Program-made: the position numbers and the translations under genes
Shown: positions 55,510 to 63,795 of the stretch, piece by piece
Layout of the letters: every line of letters begins with the position of its first letter
Position numbering within the stretch: the stretch's first letter is position 1
Notes under the pieces: generated by a model
The model's database searches: none
What the model was told of the DNA's origin: nothing
The model's input: the letters and a program-made list of their open reading frames with translations, nothing else
IMG/VR virus record: IMGVR_UViG_638276483_000001
Span: 32,001-96,000 of that record
Source: a virus
Taxonomy: Duplodnaviria > Caudoviricetes
Length of the DNA stretch: 64,000 nt
Direction: 5' to 3' (one strand)

Positions 55510-55914
55510 GTGACTGACGAACTCATCTCCCGAGCGGAGCAATCCCTAGAGGGTGTGACGGAGGGTCCGTGGGAGGTCGTCGAGGAGATCGACGGGTGGC
55601 GCGCGGGCCGACCGACCGTGGTTCGGGCGCGCAACCCCAATCCAGGCTGGGAATACCTTCGCGTGGTAACCGTCGGCCAGACGCGCCCCCACTTCGGAAC
55701 AATGAGGGGCACCAAAGGGCAGGACGAGGCGAACGTGGCATTCATCGCCGCAGCGCGCTCCCTCGTTCCCGAACTCCTGGAAGCCCTCAAAGAGGCCCGC
55801 GAAGAACTCGCAGAGAACACTGGGGTCATCAAGGCGCTTCGGCGGCAGCGCGACGTGGCCGAAAACCGCGTCGCATCCCTGGAGCGGGCCCTGCGGTCGC
55901 GGATTCGAGATTGA
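55510..55914 (+). CDS. Ead/Ea22-like hypothetical protein
   Basis: TEGPW..ANVAFIAAARSLVPELL. Confidence 0.75.
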   Translation: MTDELISRAEQSLEGVTEGPWEVVEEIDGWRAGRPTVVRARNPNPGWEYLRVVTVGQTRPHFGTMRGTKGQDEANVAFIAAARSLVPELLEALKEAREELAENTGVIKALRRQRDVAENRVASLERALRSRIRD

Positions 55915-55946
55915 AGTGATACGCGCTAGCTAGCGGGGGTGGGGCA

Positions 55947-56489
55947 TTGGACGAGGGCGAGAGAATTTTCGCGCAGCCTGAAGACGTTATCGCCAAAAGC
56001 GGATGGGACGAGAAGCTGGAGAGGGATGCCGCCGAGTGGCTCGCCAAGGGGGTCGGGGCGAATGAACGCTCGAATGAGCGCGACATCGAAAAAGCCCTCT
56101 ATGACCTCGGGAGGCTATCCCGGGAAGATCTCCAGCTCCACAACCCGGACTACGACTGGGATACCCAATACTCAGCCTTCGCCCTCACCGTCAGCCCGGC
56201 CGACCTCGTAACCCTAGAGCCGTCCATCGGGGATGTGGGGGATGGGAACATTCGGGCCAGGAATCCTAGGTCGGCAGCGCGGCGGGCCCTGATGCGCCAT
56301 ATCGACGATGAAGAGGGCTGGGGATCGGCGGCGGCCGATGAAATACCCCCACTCGGACTCAACAAGGGCGATAGAAAGACCTGCACCAAGTGCAAGAAGG
56401 CGAAGGGCCTGGATTACTTCTACGCCCACCCCAAGACAAGGGACGGACTGCAGTCTCAATGCAAGGCTTGTCAAAGGGGGTTAAAATGA
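55947..56489 (+). CDS. Hypothetical protein with C-terminal Zn finger
   Basis: KTCTKC..F..DGLQSQCKAC. Confidence 0.65.
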   Translation: MDEGERIFAQPEDVIAKSGWDEKLERDAAEWLAKGVGANERSNERDIEKALYDLGRLSREDLQLHNPDYDWDTQYSAFALTVSPADLVTLEPSIGDVGDGNIRARNPRSAARRALMRHIDDEEGWGSAAADEIPPLGLNKGDRKTCTKCKKAKGLDYFYAHPKTRDGLQSQCKACQRGLK

Positions 56490-56531
56490 TCTTTTTCGCC
56501 AGGTATTGAAATATCGTGTTTGACCTGCGCA

Positions 56532-56762
56532 TTCTCCGGATAACCGCAGGTAGCCCGGATTAGCGAAGATAGGGAAAGGTAAATTTCCTGAATCTTCCTA
56601 ACGGGGCTGCCGGAGAACCTCGCGTGCTGCGCCAATAATCTCGCGCCGTAAAGCCAAACAACCGGTACTAAAGCCAGGTCGCTGCTCCCTGCGGGTAGAG
56701 CGGCGGCCCCGGCCGGTCCATCATGCCCTGTGCACGGGGGAGAGCAACCTGGTGGACCGGCC
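56532..56762 (+). ncRNA. Putative structured intergenic RNA or regulatory leader
   Basis: Long imperfect hairpin ttctccgg...ccggagaa (56532-56617); 10-bp stem ggccggtcca/tggaccggcc. Confidence 0.4.
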
Positions 56763-56798
56763 ATCTCTTCTTTAGGGGTATTCAATGAAGGATGCTGC

Positions 56799-57044
56799 GT
56801 GAACGCCCGGGAGAAGTGGCTGCAGATCGTAGCCGACATTGTCGAATATGAACTGTGTGCCGATCAGGGCCAACTGCTCAGCGAAGAAGCTGACAGGTGG
56901 ATTGAACGCTCGCCAGTGCTCGCGAGAGGAATCATCCTGGGGGTCGGTGCGGCCCTCACCCTTCATTTAGCCAACGCCATCCCGCCTAAGTGGGATGTCA
57001 TCTCCAAGGGATTCTTCCTTTGGGGTCGCATTAGAAATAGCTAA
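56799..57044 (+). CDS. Hypothetical protein
   Basis: CADQGQLLSEEADRW..HLAN. Confidence 0.65.
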   Translation: MNAREKWLQIVADIVEYELCADQGQLLSEEADRWIERSPVLARGIILGVGAALTLHLANAIPPKWDVISKGFFLWGRIRNS

Positions 57045-57068
57045 TCGCCAAATCAAAGGGGAACTTGA

Positions 57069-57800
57069 ATGGCGAGCTTAAAACGACTGTACGTTGGTGG
57101 CCCTATGAGTCCGGAATCGTTCGGGCTGACGGAAACGCCTCCCGATTGGGACTGGAACCATCCAGCCTTCAACAAGGCTGCGGAGTTCTACCGCTCAAAG
57201 GGGTTTGAGGTTGTCAACCCCGCCGAGATGGACGCCGAAGCCGGAGACGTCGGAGAACTCGAATGGCACGAGTATCTTCGCCGGGACATCAAGGTCCTGG
57301 CCGACTGCACTCACATCGCCATGCTCCCCGGCTGGGAGAACAGCAAGGGCGCGCAGCTAGAGCACCACATCGCCCAGGAGTTGGGCCTGACTGTGGAATA
57401 CCTCGGGGACACCCCTCGACTGAATATTCTCGACGGTACGACCGAATTCATGCGCCTGGGTCGACAGAATGTCGACGGCGGGCAGTTCAACGACCACGCC
57501 ATTCGCGAACTTCGCTACTCTCTCCTGAAAGAGGAGTATGGGGAGTGGGAATGGGCCGATCTCCATGGCGATCTCGTAGAGGTCGTTGACGGCCTATTGG
57601 ACATTATCGTGGTCGCCTGGGGCTCCCTTTTGTCGTTTGTCGGCGAGGAGAAGGCCAAGGCTGCCGCGGCGGAGGTTGTGCGCTCCAATCTAGACAAGGT
57701 GAAGGGCGAGGGTCTGCCGATTTTCAACGAAGCAGGGAAGATCCAGAAGCCTCCCGGCTGGCGCGGCCCCGACATCGCTGGCGTACTGGGGGTGGAGTGA
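57069..57800 (+). CDS. Fusion of DUF4406 (nucleoside deoxyribosyltransferase-like) and MazG/PRA-PH-type NTP pyrophosphohydrolase
   Basis: YVGGPMS..NPAE..LPGWENSKGAQLE; EEYGE..EVVDGLLD..SNLDK..GKIQKP. Confidence 0.8.
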   Translation: MASLKRLYVGGPMSPESFGLTETPPDWDWNHPAFNKAAEFYRSKGFEVVNPAEMDAEAGDVGELEWHEYLRRDIKVLADCTHIAMLPGWENSKGAQLEHHIAQELGLTVEYLGDTPRLNILDGTTEFMRLGRQNVDGGQFNDHAIRELRYSLLKEEYGEWEWADLHGDLVEVVDGLLDIIVVAWGSLLSFVGEEKAKAAAAEVVRSNLDKVKGEGLPIFNEAGKIQKPPGWRGPDIAGVLGVE

Positions 57801-58301
57801 ATGGATCGACCCATTGGAATCCCCGTCGGCCACGGAAGCGGACCCCGGCCAGGCGGCGAGCCGCCGCACCCACCCGCGTTCGAGCGCAAAGACACCAACC
57901 CCAAGGACGCCGTAGGCACCGGAAAGGTGCCGTTCTCCACGGTTCCATCCGAGGTGATTGCTGAACTCGGTTTGGTAATGCTCGAGGGAAGTCGCAAATA
58001 CGGTAGACACAACTATCGATCGGCCGGAGTCAGGGCCAGTGTCTATTTTGACGCGGCGATGCGCCACCTCACCCGCTGGTGGGAGGGCGAAGACCTCGAC
58101 CCCGATAGCGGGATGCCTCACCTGATCCACGCCATGGCCTGTTGCGCCGTAGTGCGAGACAGCGAATTCCGCGGCAACTGGACCGACGACCGCCCGCCGC
58201 GCCTCAAAAAGGACTGGATGGTCGAACTCAACGACAAGGCGAAAGCCATTGTCGAGAAATACCCGGACCCGGTGCCCGCGCATACAGAAAAACCGACCTA
58301 A
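57801..58301 (+). CDS. dATP/dGTP diphosphohydrolase-domain protein (DUF5664)
   Basis: NPKDAVG..GSRKYGRHNYR..AAMRHL..GEDLDPDSGMPHL. Confidence 0.85.
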   Translation: MDRPIGIPVGHGSGPRPGGEPPHPPAFERKDTNPKDAVGTGKVPFSTVPSEVIAELGLVMLEGSRKYGRHNYRSAGVRASVYFDAAMRHLTRWWEGEDLDPDSGMPHLIHAMACCAVVRDSEFRGNWTDDRPPRLKKDWMVELNDKAKAIVEKYPDPVPAHTEKPT

Positions 58302-58314
58302 AGGGGGAGCGACC

Positions 58315-58557
58315 GTGTCGCTTACCGACAGGCTTGCCGCTCGTCGGCAGTACGCAACACTTTCCAACAATGGCTGTGCCACCTGCAAATGGCTGGACAG
58401 GCAAACCGAGGATGTCCGGATGGCTGTAGCCGACTGGATTGACGAAGGTTTGTCTTTGACGCCTCTGCATGAGGAGCTTGCGGCCGACGGACTTCCGGTG
58501 GGGCTTTCCGCCTTCACTGGCCATGTCCGTAAGTGTCACAAGGTGGGCCCTAAGTGA
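58315..58557 (+). CDS. Small Zn-binding protein
   Basis: CATCKW..HVRKCH. Confidence 0.7.
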   Translation: MSLTDRLAARRQYATLSNNGCATCKWLDRQTEDVRMAVADWIDEGLSLTPLHEELAADGLPVGLSAFTGHVRKCHKVGPK

Positions 58558-59774
58558 GCGACGACAAACCAAGCCTCGGTGAGCGGCTGGCCGCCCGCGC
58601 GATGGAATCGGAAGAAACTGAGTACACCGCGAAAACCGAGTTCGACGGGGTTTCTGGCTATATCCAGACCGGCCCCGTCGACACCAAGGTTACTCCGGAA
58701 GAGTATTCCGACATCCTGGTCCGCTTCGGCTACGACCCGAAGAAGATCCGCATCGTCGGCTATCCGCGGGTCTCCCGGTGGCAGCAGCGCGCCCGCAAAA
58801 AGGTGTGGAGCGACGAGAAGGCCCAGTACATCCAGACGCACGAGTTTGAGACCGTGTGGCTGGAGGCGTACCGCTTCAGCATCGCCCCCACTCTCCCCGG
58901 ATTGGATCTCCCGGCCCTGTACGCCGCAGTGGAGCGCGACCACGAGGTCCGCACCTCCGATCGGGTAGACGGCCAAGCCACTGTCGTGGTGGCGTGGGGC
59001 GACGTCCAGACCGGCAAGGTGGATCACCTCGGCGGCATGGAAGAGCTCCTTCACCGTCTTCAGGACAAGCGTGACGCTCTGCGTGAGTACCTGGCGCGCA
59101 CCCCGCATGATCACATCGTGGTTGCCGATGTTGGCGACATCATCGAGGGCTTCGACAACGTCGACTCTCAGATTCGCACCAACGGGCTTTCCCTGATGGA
59201 CCAGGTGGAGGTGGCGGCGACGGAGTTCTGGAAGACCATCAAGTTGTGCGCGGAGTTCGCGCCGGTTGATGTTCTGTCCATCCCGTCCAATCACTGCGCC
59301 TGGCGCCGCGGCAGCAAGCAGATCGCGGGCCTGCCCAACGACGACTGGGGTATCCACATCTCCAAGCGCCTGGAGGGGCTGAGTAATGAGCTCGGCCTGG
59401 GCGTGAAGTTCCACCGCCCCGAGTCCGAGTATCTGGAGATGCTGGAGTTCGACATCCGCGGCACCCGCCTCGGATTGGCTCATGGTCACCAAGCCCGGAA
59501 TCCGAAGTCCGTCTGCGACTGGTGGGCGAAGATGTCCCACGCCGGCGAACTGTCTTGCGACGTTCTCCTCACCGGACACTTCCACTTCCCGACGTTCCGC
59601 CCCTCCGGCCGGAATCCTCGCACGGGCCGGACTAAGTGGCATGTGCAGTGCTCCACGCTCGACAACGGTTCGGCCTGGGTCCGGAACGCCTTCGGCGAAG
59701 ACGGTGACCCTGCCTTGACGGTGTTCACCATCGACGAGGGCGGATTCAACGTGAGCGGATTTGCGCTGCTGTGA
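58554..59774 (+). CDS. Calcineurin-like metallophosphoesterase (Mre11-like)
   Basis: GDVQ, GDIIE, SNH, HGH, GHFH. Confidence 0.88.
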   Translation: MSDDKPSLGERLAARAMESEETEYTAKTEFDGVSGYIQTGPVDTKVTPEEYSDILVRFGYDPKKIRIVGYPRVSRWQQRARKKVWSDEKAQYIQTHEFETVWLEAYRFSIAPTLPGLDLPALYAAVERDHEVRTSDRVDGQATVVVAWGDVQTGKVDHLGGMEELLHRLQDKRDALREYLARTPHDHIVVADVGDIIEGFDNVDSQIRTNGLSLMDQVEVAATEFWKTIKLCAEFAPVDVLSIPSNHCAWRRGSKQIAGLPNDDWGIHISKRLEGLSNELGLGVKFHRPESEYLEMLEFDIRGTRLGLAHGHQARNPKSVCDWWAKMSHAGELSCDVLLTGHFHFPTFRPSGRNPRTGRTKWHVQCSTLDNGSAWVRNAFGEDGDPALTVFTIDEGGFNVSGFALL

Positions 59775-60247
59775 TCCACGTCCACGAATACCTCGAATGG
59801 ATAGAGGAGCCGGGCTGGCAATCGCGGACCCTCGAATGGGTCCGCGTGTGTGAATGCGGTTTTTCGCCTGATCGCGTTGCCCGGCGGGTCCTGGTCACCG
59901 GCTCGCGCGGGTGGATGTCCCGAGAGATGATCTTCGAGGCGTTGGCCCGTGAATTCTTCGAGGCTGACAAGCTGGGTATGCCCGCCCTCGTGGTCAGGCA
60001 TGGGGCGGCCCCCGGCGCGGATCTCATCGCCCACGAATGGGCGCTGGAGGCCGAATACGTCGACCCGGACCCGCATCCGGCCAACTGGAGCGCGGGGTTG
60101 ATAGCGGGGCATGTCCGCAATCAGAAGATGGTGGATCTCGGTGCCGACGTCTGCCTGGCATTCCCGACTGCGGATAGCCGAGGCACGTGGGACTGCGTTC
60201 GCCGCGCTAAGGAGGCCGGTATTCCAGTGAAGGTATTCGAATCGTGA
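59771..60247 (+). CDS. SLOG-superfamily protein (DUF2493/YspA-like)
   Basis: VLVTGSR, HGAAPGAD, AGHVRNQKM, SRGTWDC. Confidence 0.85.
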   Translation: MIHVHEYLEWIEEPGWQSRTLEWVRVCECGFSPDRVARRVLVTGSRGWMSREMIFEALAREFFEADKLGMPALVVRHGAAPGADLIAHEWALEAEYVDPDPHPANWSAGLIAGHVRNQKMVDLGADVCLAFPTADSRGTWDCVRRAKEAGIPVKVFES

Positions 60248-60495
60248 CCAACGAGGAATTGATCGAGAAGTTTGTCGAGAAGCTCGCCGCGGAGCAGCCT
60301 GGATTCAAATACCTGGAACCACTGCCCGCCCCGCCCACGGAGGGCGAAATCCTCTGGGAACGCATAGAAGACCTGGAGCGCAAACACGAGGAACTCCTCG
60401 AGCGCTTCGAGTCTCACCGCCACGTTATTGGCGACGGGATGGTCAACGGCCGGTACGAGAAATTCGCTACCGGTGAGCCAATCAATGAAAGCTAG
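60244..60495 (+). CDS. Hypothetical protein
   Basis: GTGA overlap. Confidence 0.6.
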   Translation: MTNEELIEKFVEKLAAEQPGFKYLEPLPAPPTEGEILWERIEDLERKHEELLERFESHRHVIGDGMVNGRYEKFATGEPINES

Positions 60496-60501
60496 GTAGG
60501 A

Positions 60502-60750
60502 ATGCACGATCCCGAATGCAACTGCGGCGGAATCCCGGAGGATGCCGTAGTTCTGCGCGAACTGAGGATTGTCGAATTCCTCAACCCGGAGGACGGGGAG
60601 ATCTACAAGATCGACCTGTCCCACGATGGCTCGGATAATGAGCTCCCCCTCGGGGGGATGCTCGAATTGGCGGAGTGGGCGAAAAGCATGGCGATATCGC
60701 CGCTTATCGCCGATCTGGTCTACCAGTTTATGAATATAGAAGAAGAATAA
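60502..60750 (+). CDS. Hypothetical acidic protein
   Basis: Operon packing. Confidence 0.6.
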   Translation: MHDPECNCGGIPEDAVVLRELRIVEFLNPEDGEIYKIDLSHDGSDNELPLGGMLELAEWAKSMAISPLIADLVYQFMNIEEE

Positions 60751-60772
60751 CTACCACCTTCAGGGGAACGAA

Positions 60773-61021
60773 GTGCGGTACTCAGAAAACAGGCCCATTT
60801 TGCTCAAGGGCATCCACGAGCAAGACCACGACAACCCCGCAACGCCCAGGTGGATTTCTCCGCTGGCGTCGGGATTTCTGATCGCCAAGGAGCTGGGGGT
60901 AACGCCCCCGACTCCGAAGCAGAATCGCCGCGGCCGTAGAGCCGCTGGTGTGCGCCGGATTCGCCGGCGCCTGCCCGGTATGGCCATTCCGAAGTCCCGA
61001 CAGCCCTGGAGGGTGAAGTGA
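60773..61021 (+). CDS. Hypothetical basic protein
   Basis: RBS agggg; overlaps the next gene. Confidence 0.5.
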   Translation: MRYSENRPILLKGIHEQDHDNPATPRWISPLASGFLIAKELGVTPPTPKQNRRGRRAAGVRRIRRRLPGMAIPKSRQPWRVK

Positions 61022-61145
61022 TCTACACGGATTACATCGACGGAGTGTTCATCGTCCACGACGGGACTTCGACGCCGAGTGAAGTCTGGATGAAGGAATA
61101 CGCCGCAGCGCTCGCCAGCGGGCGCCTAGACCTCGGGGAGTCCGA

Positions 61146-61361
61146 GTGAATGACAAGGTCCGCCATCGTGGCAAGCCCGCCGAGCCCTTCGCCGAGGTCG
61201 GTGCCCACGGGCGCATCACCCGCACCAAAGAAGACGGCCGGCTGCGCATCACCCCCAAGGGTCATGGACTCCCGGCCATGGCGTACGTCTCCTGGAAAGA
61301 CGGCGAGTTCTTCACCTGGGAGCGTCTCTCGGATTTGACCTTCACGAAGGGCCGCAAATGA
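61146..61361 (+). CDS. Hypothetical protein
   Basis: GTGA overlap. Confidence 0.6.
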   Translation: MNDKVRHRGKPAEPFAEVGAHGRITRTKEDGRLRITPKGHGLPAMAYVSWKDGEFFTWERLSDLTFTKGRK

Positions 61362-61527
61362 GAAAGTGCTCTACCTGCGACCAGCCGTTCGAGAACGGCG
61401 AGCCAACCGTCCTGGTGAGCGGTGAGGCCATGCACCCGTGGTGCGACCTCACGCCCGGCCGCGGCGGGACATGCGATACGGACAACTGCCATTGGCGGTG
61501 GACTTATCACGCTGGGGCGTGCGTCGT

Positions 61528-61734
61528 ATGAGCGCCTTCTCCAACTCCACCGAATTTGAGATCTGGTCCATCAACTGGTGTGGCCGGTGCGTGCGCGATG
61601 AGCATGCCGACTCCGGGTTCGGTTGCCCGATCCTTGACACGGTCTATCTAGAAAACAGAGTCCCGCCAGAGTGGAGCGAGGGTACCGATGGCCTCAGAGA
61701 CCGATACCACTGCTCAGAGTTCGAGCCTTCGTAA
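61528..61734 (+). CDS. Small Cys-rich protein
   Basis: FSNSTEF..WCGRC..CPIL..C. Confidence 0.65.
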   Translation: MSAFSNSTEFEIWSINWCGRCVRDEHADSGFGCPILDTVYLENRVPPEWSEGTDGLRDRYHCSEFEPS

Positions 61735-61854
61735 GTGGCAACAGCCGCTTTCGCCTGAAGCCATTGAATGGCTGTCGGTGCAGTTCGCAATCCTGCGCGA
61801 TCGTTTCCGGCCGACTAAGCCCCGGATTCGTTCCCGCAAAGAGTTCTGGGAGCG

Positions 61855-62076
61855 GTGATGCGCCGGGGGCTGGCCCTGGCGCTGCACTGGTTGGCGCTGA
61901 GGATCTACCGGGATGAGCACACAGAGCGCATCGAAATAACCGACGAGTACGACATTGTCCGCTGCCGCGTAGAGGTGGCGGGGGATGAATCCGGCCACGG
62001 GGTTGATTCGGAGTATGACCTTCTACCCCCGGGCTGGACGATGCGCCAATTCAAGGATGGGGAGCGGTATCGGTGA
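61855..62076 (+). CDS. Hypothetical protein
   Basis: Paralog of 50469. Confidence 0.65.
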   Translation: MMRRGLALALHWLALRIYRDEHTERIEITDEYDIVRCRVEVAGDESGHGVDSEYDLLPPGWTMRQFKDGERYR

Positions 62077-62339
62077 ATGAACTCACTCCGGAAATGGTCG
62101 CCCAGTACGATCAGCAGCTCGCGGCGTGCAACGAGTGTCTTGATAAGTTCGTCGAGACGTTTCAGACCTTGTCGTGGTGCGTGGGGTCGGACCTGGTGAC
62201 GATGGAGTTCGCCAACGATTTTGTTCGGCGGGTCGAGCTTGCCGAGAACGGCGAGGACACCGAAGACGACTTCGGGGTGACTACCGAGTTCCTGGCGAAC
62301 ATGTTGACGGTGGCTATCAAGAGATTGGCGCGGGTATGA
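62073..62339 (+). CDS. Hypothetical protein
   Basis: GTGA overlap. Confidence 0.65.
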   Translation: MNELTPEMVAQYDQQLAACNECLDKFVETFQTLSWCVGSDLVTMEFANDFVRRVELAENGEDTEDDFGVTTEFLANMLTVAIKRLARV

Positions 62340-62545
62340 TCCGGCTTCCTAATGGCGACATGATAGGCCCGCGCGACAGCGTGATCCGGGAATTGCTCAC
62401 CGGTGAAGAGGTGCCTGTCGAGGACTGGGTTGTGGACCAGTCTGAGTTTGTGGACACCAACGCGTGGCGCTACTGCAAGTTCTATGACCTTCCCCCGGAG
62501 TTTTGGGCCGACATGCTTCACGATTACGTTTGGGAGCCCGAATGA
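62336..62545 (+). CDS. Hypothetical protein
   Basis: ATGA overlap. Confidence 0.6.
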   Translation: MIRLPNGDMIGPRDSVIRELLTGEEVPVEDWVVDQSEFVDTNAWRYCKFYDLPPEFWADMLHDYVWEPE

Positions 62546-62874
62546 TATCCATCGCCCTGGTGGATGGGCGCCCAGTCACCCCCTGTAAAATGGGATGGCT
62601 GGTGGATGACACGGTAACCAAGGCTGCCCAGGTGGGGTTAACCTGGACCCCGGAAGACGTGCATCAGCACCTTCTGATCACGATGTTCGATTACCCTATA
62701 CCGCCCGAGTTTCAGTCTCGCTATGACCAGATGAACGCAGATTTGAAGCGGGTGGGCGATACGGTTTGTCATTGTGGCGCTCCGGGCGAGCGATACGCGG
62801 GTAAGAGGTACGCGGTGTGCCCGCCGTGCGCCTATAGCGTGCATGAAACCTGCTATTGCAGCGAGGGCGAGTGA
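62542..62874 (+). CDS. Cys-rich hypothetical protein
   Basis: ATGA overlap. Confidence 0.6.
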   Translation: MISIALVDGRPVTPCKMGWLVDDTVTKAAQVGLTWTPEDVHQHLLITMFDYPIPPEFQSRYDQMNADLKRVGDTVCHCGAPGERYAGKRYAVCPPCAYSVHETCYCSEGE

Positions 62875-63088
62875 ACACGATGCAGTGCGACTTCTGCGAC
62901 CTTGAAGAGGGCCACGAGGGTACCCACATTCTTTATGCCCCGGCCGAGGAGTTTGACTGGCTCGTGAAGATGCTTGACGAAGAAGAAGAATGAGCATAAT
63001 CGAAGACCTCATGCTGCTCGAGGATCTTCGCTAGGCATGTGTCAGTTTTGTGAAGATTGATCGGGATGAGAAACCCGGATACGGGCCA

Positions 63089-63154
63089 GCGCACGTAGCG
63101 ATAGGACAGGGGCTGTCGAGAGACGGCCCGGGGGTTCGATTCCTCACGCGCGCT
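63089..63154 (+). ncRNA. tRNA-like RNA with no D stem and no anticodon
   Basis: gcgcacg/cgcgcgc acceptor; gggctgtc-GAGA-gacggccc; T arm gggg-TTCGATT-cctc. Confidence 0.55.
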
Positions 63155-63266
63155 CGCAATGCTGGGGGATGCGCCGCGAGGCCCACTCCCAGCATCCCTA
63201 TAGCTGAATATGGTAAAGTAGTTTTTACGACCAGTCCCCGGTACCTCTGCCGGTCATTCGCTGGTC

Positions 63267-63402
63267 CAGGGTGTAGCTCAATAGAATAGAGCGCCGTCGC
63301 ATCCCCGCGTTGAGGGCCGTTAAGCGGTGCGGGGACGGGACCGCGGAAGATGCCGGTAGGTGACACCTCGCGCTAAATGCGGGGCAAATCCGGCCACCCG
63401 AA
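63267..63402 (+). ncRNA. Interrupted tRNA-like element
   Basis: gggtg-TA-gctc..gagc D arm; extended anticodon arm; aagat; gccgg/ccggc T stem with an insertion of about 26 nt; caccc. Confidence 0.5.
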
Positions 63403-63425
63403 TTTGCCCCGCATTTGCGGATGTA

Positions 63426-63536
63426 GGGGAAGCGGCCTCCGGGATTACCCGCCGGAATGGCGGGGCCTGGGGGTTGCGCCACTCCGGCGGCCCCTGGCCG
63501 CCTAGGAACCCAGCCCAAGCTTCGGAGGCCGCTCCC
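63426..63536 (+). ncRNA. Structured RNA element
   Basis: 11-bp stem agcggcctccg/cggaggccgct enclosing cgccggaatggcg/cgccactccggcg. Confidence 0.4.
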
Positions 63537-63560
63537 GAGAAGCCTCTGGGCCGGGCTTGT

Positions 63561-63632
63561 GCGCTTGTGGTCGAATTGGAAAGACTCCTGGCTTCCACCC
63601 AGGTTATGCAGGTTCGAGTCCTGTCGAGCGCT
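63561..63632 (+). tRNA. tRNA-Gly(TCC)
   Basis: GCGCTTG/CGAGCGC acceptor, cctgg-ctTCCac-ccagg anticodon arm, GGTTCGAGTCC, U73; CCA not encoded. Confidence 0.92.
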
Positions 63633-63795
63633 CGGAGGCTTAAGCTAACAAGCCGCCAGAAACTAAATTAGCCGATAGTTGGCAGACCTAGACGTCAAAT
63701 CACTCTGCCCGGCGTCCGCTTCCGTCGTGAACCAGAAGCCTCGACTTTAAGGAGGTCTTCCATGCGTTAGGTAACTAACAATGGAAGGAGCGGTA

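Noticed and set aside
57801-58301. 2-aminoadenine (Z) genome pathway
   Set aside because: No purZ or dedicated polymerase is visible in this window; DUF5664 alone is insufficient.
63540-63660. HDV-like (theta) ribozyme next to tRNA-Gly
   Set aside because: A GCTAA followed by a pairing strand is suggestive, but P3/L3 and P1.1 could not be built.
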